DNA from: Amoebidium appalachense
Taxonomy: Eukaryota > Protista > Ichthyosporea
Assembly (NCBI GenBank): GCA_963693365.1
Contig: CAVNZM010000008.1
Location: forward strand, 5,356,310-5,420,309
Direction: 5' to 3'
DNA length: 64,000 nt
Shown here: positions 61,575 to 64,000 of the stretch, piece by piece
How the letters are laid out: the number at the start of each line of letters is the position of its first letter
Position numbering within the stretch: position 1 is the stretch's first letter
Notes under the pieces: model-generated
Seen by the model: only the letters and a program-made list of their open reading frames with translations
Told to the model about the DNA's origin: nothing
Database searches by the model: none
Made by a program: the position numbers and the translations under genes

Positions 61575-64000
61575 GTTGTTGTTGACTGAAGTTAACAGCT
61601 ATTGAAATTTCTCTCTAAAAAGAACATGAGGAACTGGTTTTATGTGCGAGCTTGCTATTAGTATAATTATGGTCAAGACATTTGAATGTTGCAAGAAGCG
61701 CGGTGAGCAGCAGAAAGCGAAAAAAAAACCGAGCCCTGCATATATGGATCCAAATGGATGGCTTTACAATTATCTTATCTTAAAGTAGAAAAGCTCTGAC
61801 GTCTCCGACCCCACTTTTTGCTTGCACACAGGCGGCCATTGTTTTTCGGGGCATCCGGGGTGCAATATCGCATGGGCACCCATCAATGTTGCTGGCCGCC
61901 GGCCATGGCATGCGCTGGTATCCCGTCAGTTTCCTTCCCTTAACCTGGATATTCAAGTAAACTCGCACCCTTATGAATTTTTTGATAATAGAAAAACAAC
62001 TAAAAAAAATTTGTCGAAGTTTGTCTCTGGCACACAAGGTTCTATCAGTGCGTCTAAAAAATAAATACGCAAGCGCAAAAGGGTCCATTCCAACCCTGAA
62101 CTCAACTTGGCCCATTAGATTGGCCAATAGGAACAACACTACGCACCGGTGCGCAGTCTCTTATTGTAAAGACTTTCATTATTCTGATTGGTTACACTTT
62201 TGATTTTCAATTAATTCGGTGGAATGACGCTGTTTGATTCGTAATCTATCACTACCTATTTGATTCCGGACAGTCATGCAAGTTGCGCGGCGGCCAACGG
62301 GCAACGGACTCTGGACTTACAAATACACAAACTGTAGATCCATACACAAACGAAGCAGTTCTCATAGAAACCATCTCCTAAGTGTTTGTTTTTTTTATAA
62401 TAACGAAATTATTTGCGCATGTAGGTACATTTTTGTGGACCGATAATGGAGCCGACATGCCTCAGAGTCATATGCGCGGCCCCGGGGGCCCACCCGGCGG
62501 TTTACACATTACTATGGTCTACCCCATACCAAGTGTATAAATCTGGACCAATCGCCTTGCGCCACTGGCCCAAGGCCTCCTAAAGGTGTGCTATTTAGGT
62601 GGCCTTGCACTGGCCCACTGAAGATCTTGACATTCCACCACGTTTCACTCTCCAAACAATGAACCTGGCAGAGCGCAAAACTTTTTCAGTTCATCTTGTT
62701 CACGGCGGCTTCACGCTGTATTTCACGGAGACACCTAAGGTTGATAACCTACATAGAAATCGCTAAACCAGCCTCACTACTAGTGCAGGCAAAGATATGT
62801 CCACTAAAAGCTTAACACTAAAGATATAAGTTGAAGCAATAGATAGAGGTGGTTGGCGTGCGGAACTGTACAGAAAAACACGCTGTTACCCACAAGAACG
62901 TTATGGTAGGCACAGCCAACTGTGCTAGGGAACTGAAAGCAACAGACTTCGCAGGCTGCGCTGTATATTTTCCTTCTAATCATAGTTTTGTTATTTGCGG
63001 CAACGTTCTGCGCACACAACCAAGCCGTTACCCATTAAGTAGCTGTGGTGTAAACAACCAGCACAGGTTTCACTCTGTAGGCAAACATTCGGATTGGGTT
63101 TGGGTGGGTCATTGAAAGGGACAGGGCCAACCGCGAATATGCCGCGTAGGCGGCTGGTGCCCAACACACACGCTGGACGCCTTAACCACAAGCAGGTACG
63201 GAGCTGTGTGCGCATGTGCGCGGGCTCATCTGTGCCCCACTGGGATGCGCGTTCGTGTGCTGTGTGAAAGTGCACGTTCTGTGTTTTGTGTGTTTTTATG
63301 AATGTGTGTTCAAGTTGGATTACCGAGAGCGTGCGTGGGTGCCTGAACGCGTCTGTTCGTGTACGCGGGTGCTTGTACATATACAAGACACTTCCGCGTG
63401 CGTGTGTGTGTGCGTGTGTGTGTAGGCTTGTATGAGAAAGGGAAGTGTTTATGTGTGAGGTATAATACGGAGAAGTGGGGAGGGAGAGCCTTTGTGTGCC
63501 TACGTTCATATGAGCCCATTGTGCTTATGCGCGCCTGCAGGCGTGCCTGTACGTAATGGAATTCTGTGTCTGTTCAATCCTGCACGGGCACACACAACCG
63601 TACTTGCCGTCTTGTCCACCCTCCTCCATCATTTTCTTTTTGTCTGGCAAGGGGTTTTTTTTTTTTTTTAAGGGGGGGAGGGGGGGCTGTATGACTCACC
63701 TTCCCTCTGTCCCCGTTCCCTTTCACTATCTCTCCTCCTTCCCCACCTTTCCTCCTCCCCACCCTCCACCGGAGCGTGTCAGTGGAAGCCTCGTTGTACA
63801 AGTGTGCATGGTGTGGGGGCATTCCCAAAACTTGCACGAGCCCCAGCCAGTTCTTTGCTTCTTTTATGGACAACCATTGTTCTTTTCGGATTGCTTTTAT
63901 GTTCCTGCCTATTAATGCTTGCTGGCACCTACCGAGGTTGTTGCTAGTACTATTGTTTGTGAGCTAGTGCAGCTCTTTGTAAGTCCTATGCTACATGTTT

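Noticed and set aside
62800-63200. Possible first exons of a plus-strand gene (…NHKQ|gtacgg)
   Set aside because: No consistent open frame or recognisable product within the window.

Overview
Intron-rich eukaryotic DNA, probably from an opisthokont protist (inferred from the RPL4/SF1 sequences and an 18S guide sequence; not certain). Introns are packed with poly-G/poly-C and (GT)n/(CA)n tracts, so most listed ORFs are low-complexity artefacts. Spliced gene models built by eye: a 5'-truncated DDE-transposase-like gene with a WRN-type 3'-5' exonuclease inserted in its catalytic region (+, 497-5054); RPL4 (+, 8679-10908) hosting two box C/D snoRNAs (snR38/SNORD1-like and U20/SNORD20-like); a frameshifted LRR gene (+, 19272-21894); CWF19L1/Drn1 (-, 18 exons) head-to-head with SF1/BBP (+, 11 exons); and a Vrg4/GONST-type GDP-sugar transporter (-, 11 exons). 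The best hunt result is in SF1 intron 2: 11 CTAAC branch-point/SF1-binding motifs in about 170 nt sit directly upstream of a 48-nt cassette exon with an in-frame stop and a GTGAGT donor, a candidate SF1 autoregulatory poison-exon switch. Many long introns are also polarised (G/GT-rich after the donor, C/CA-rich up to the acceptor AG), and a structured ~236-bp repeat sits in host-sense orientation in introns.
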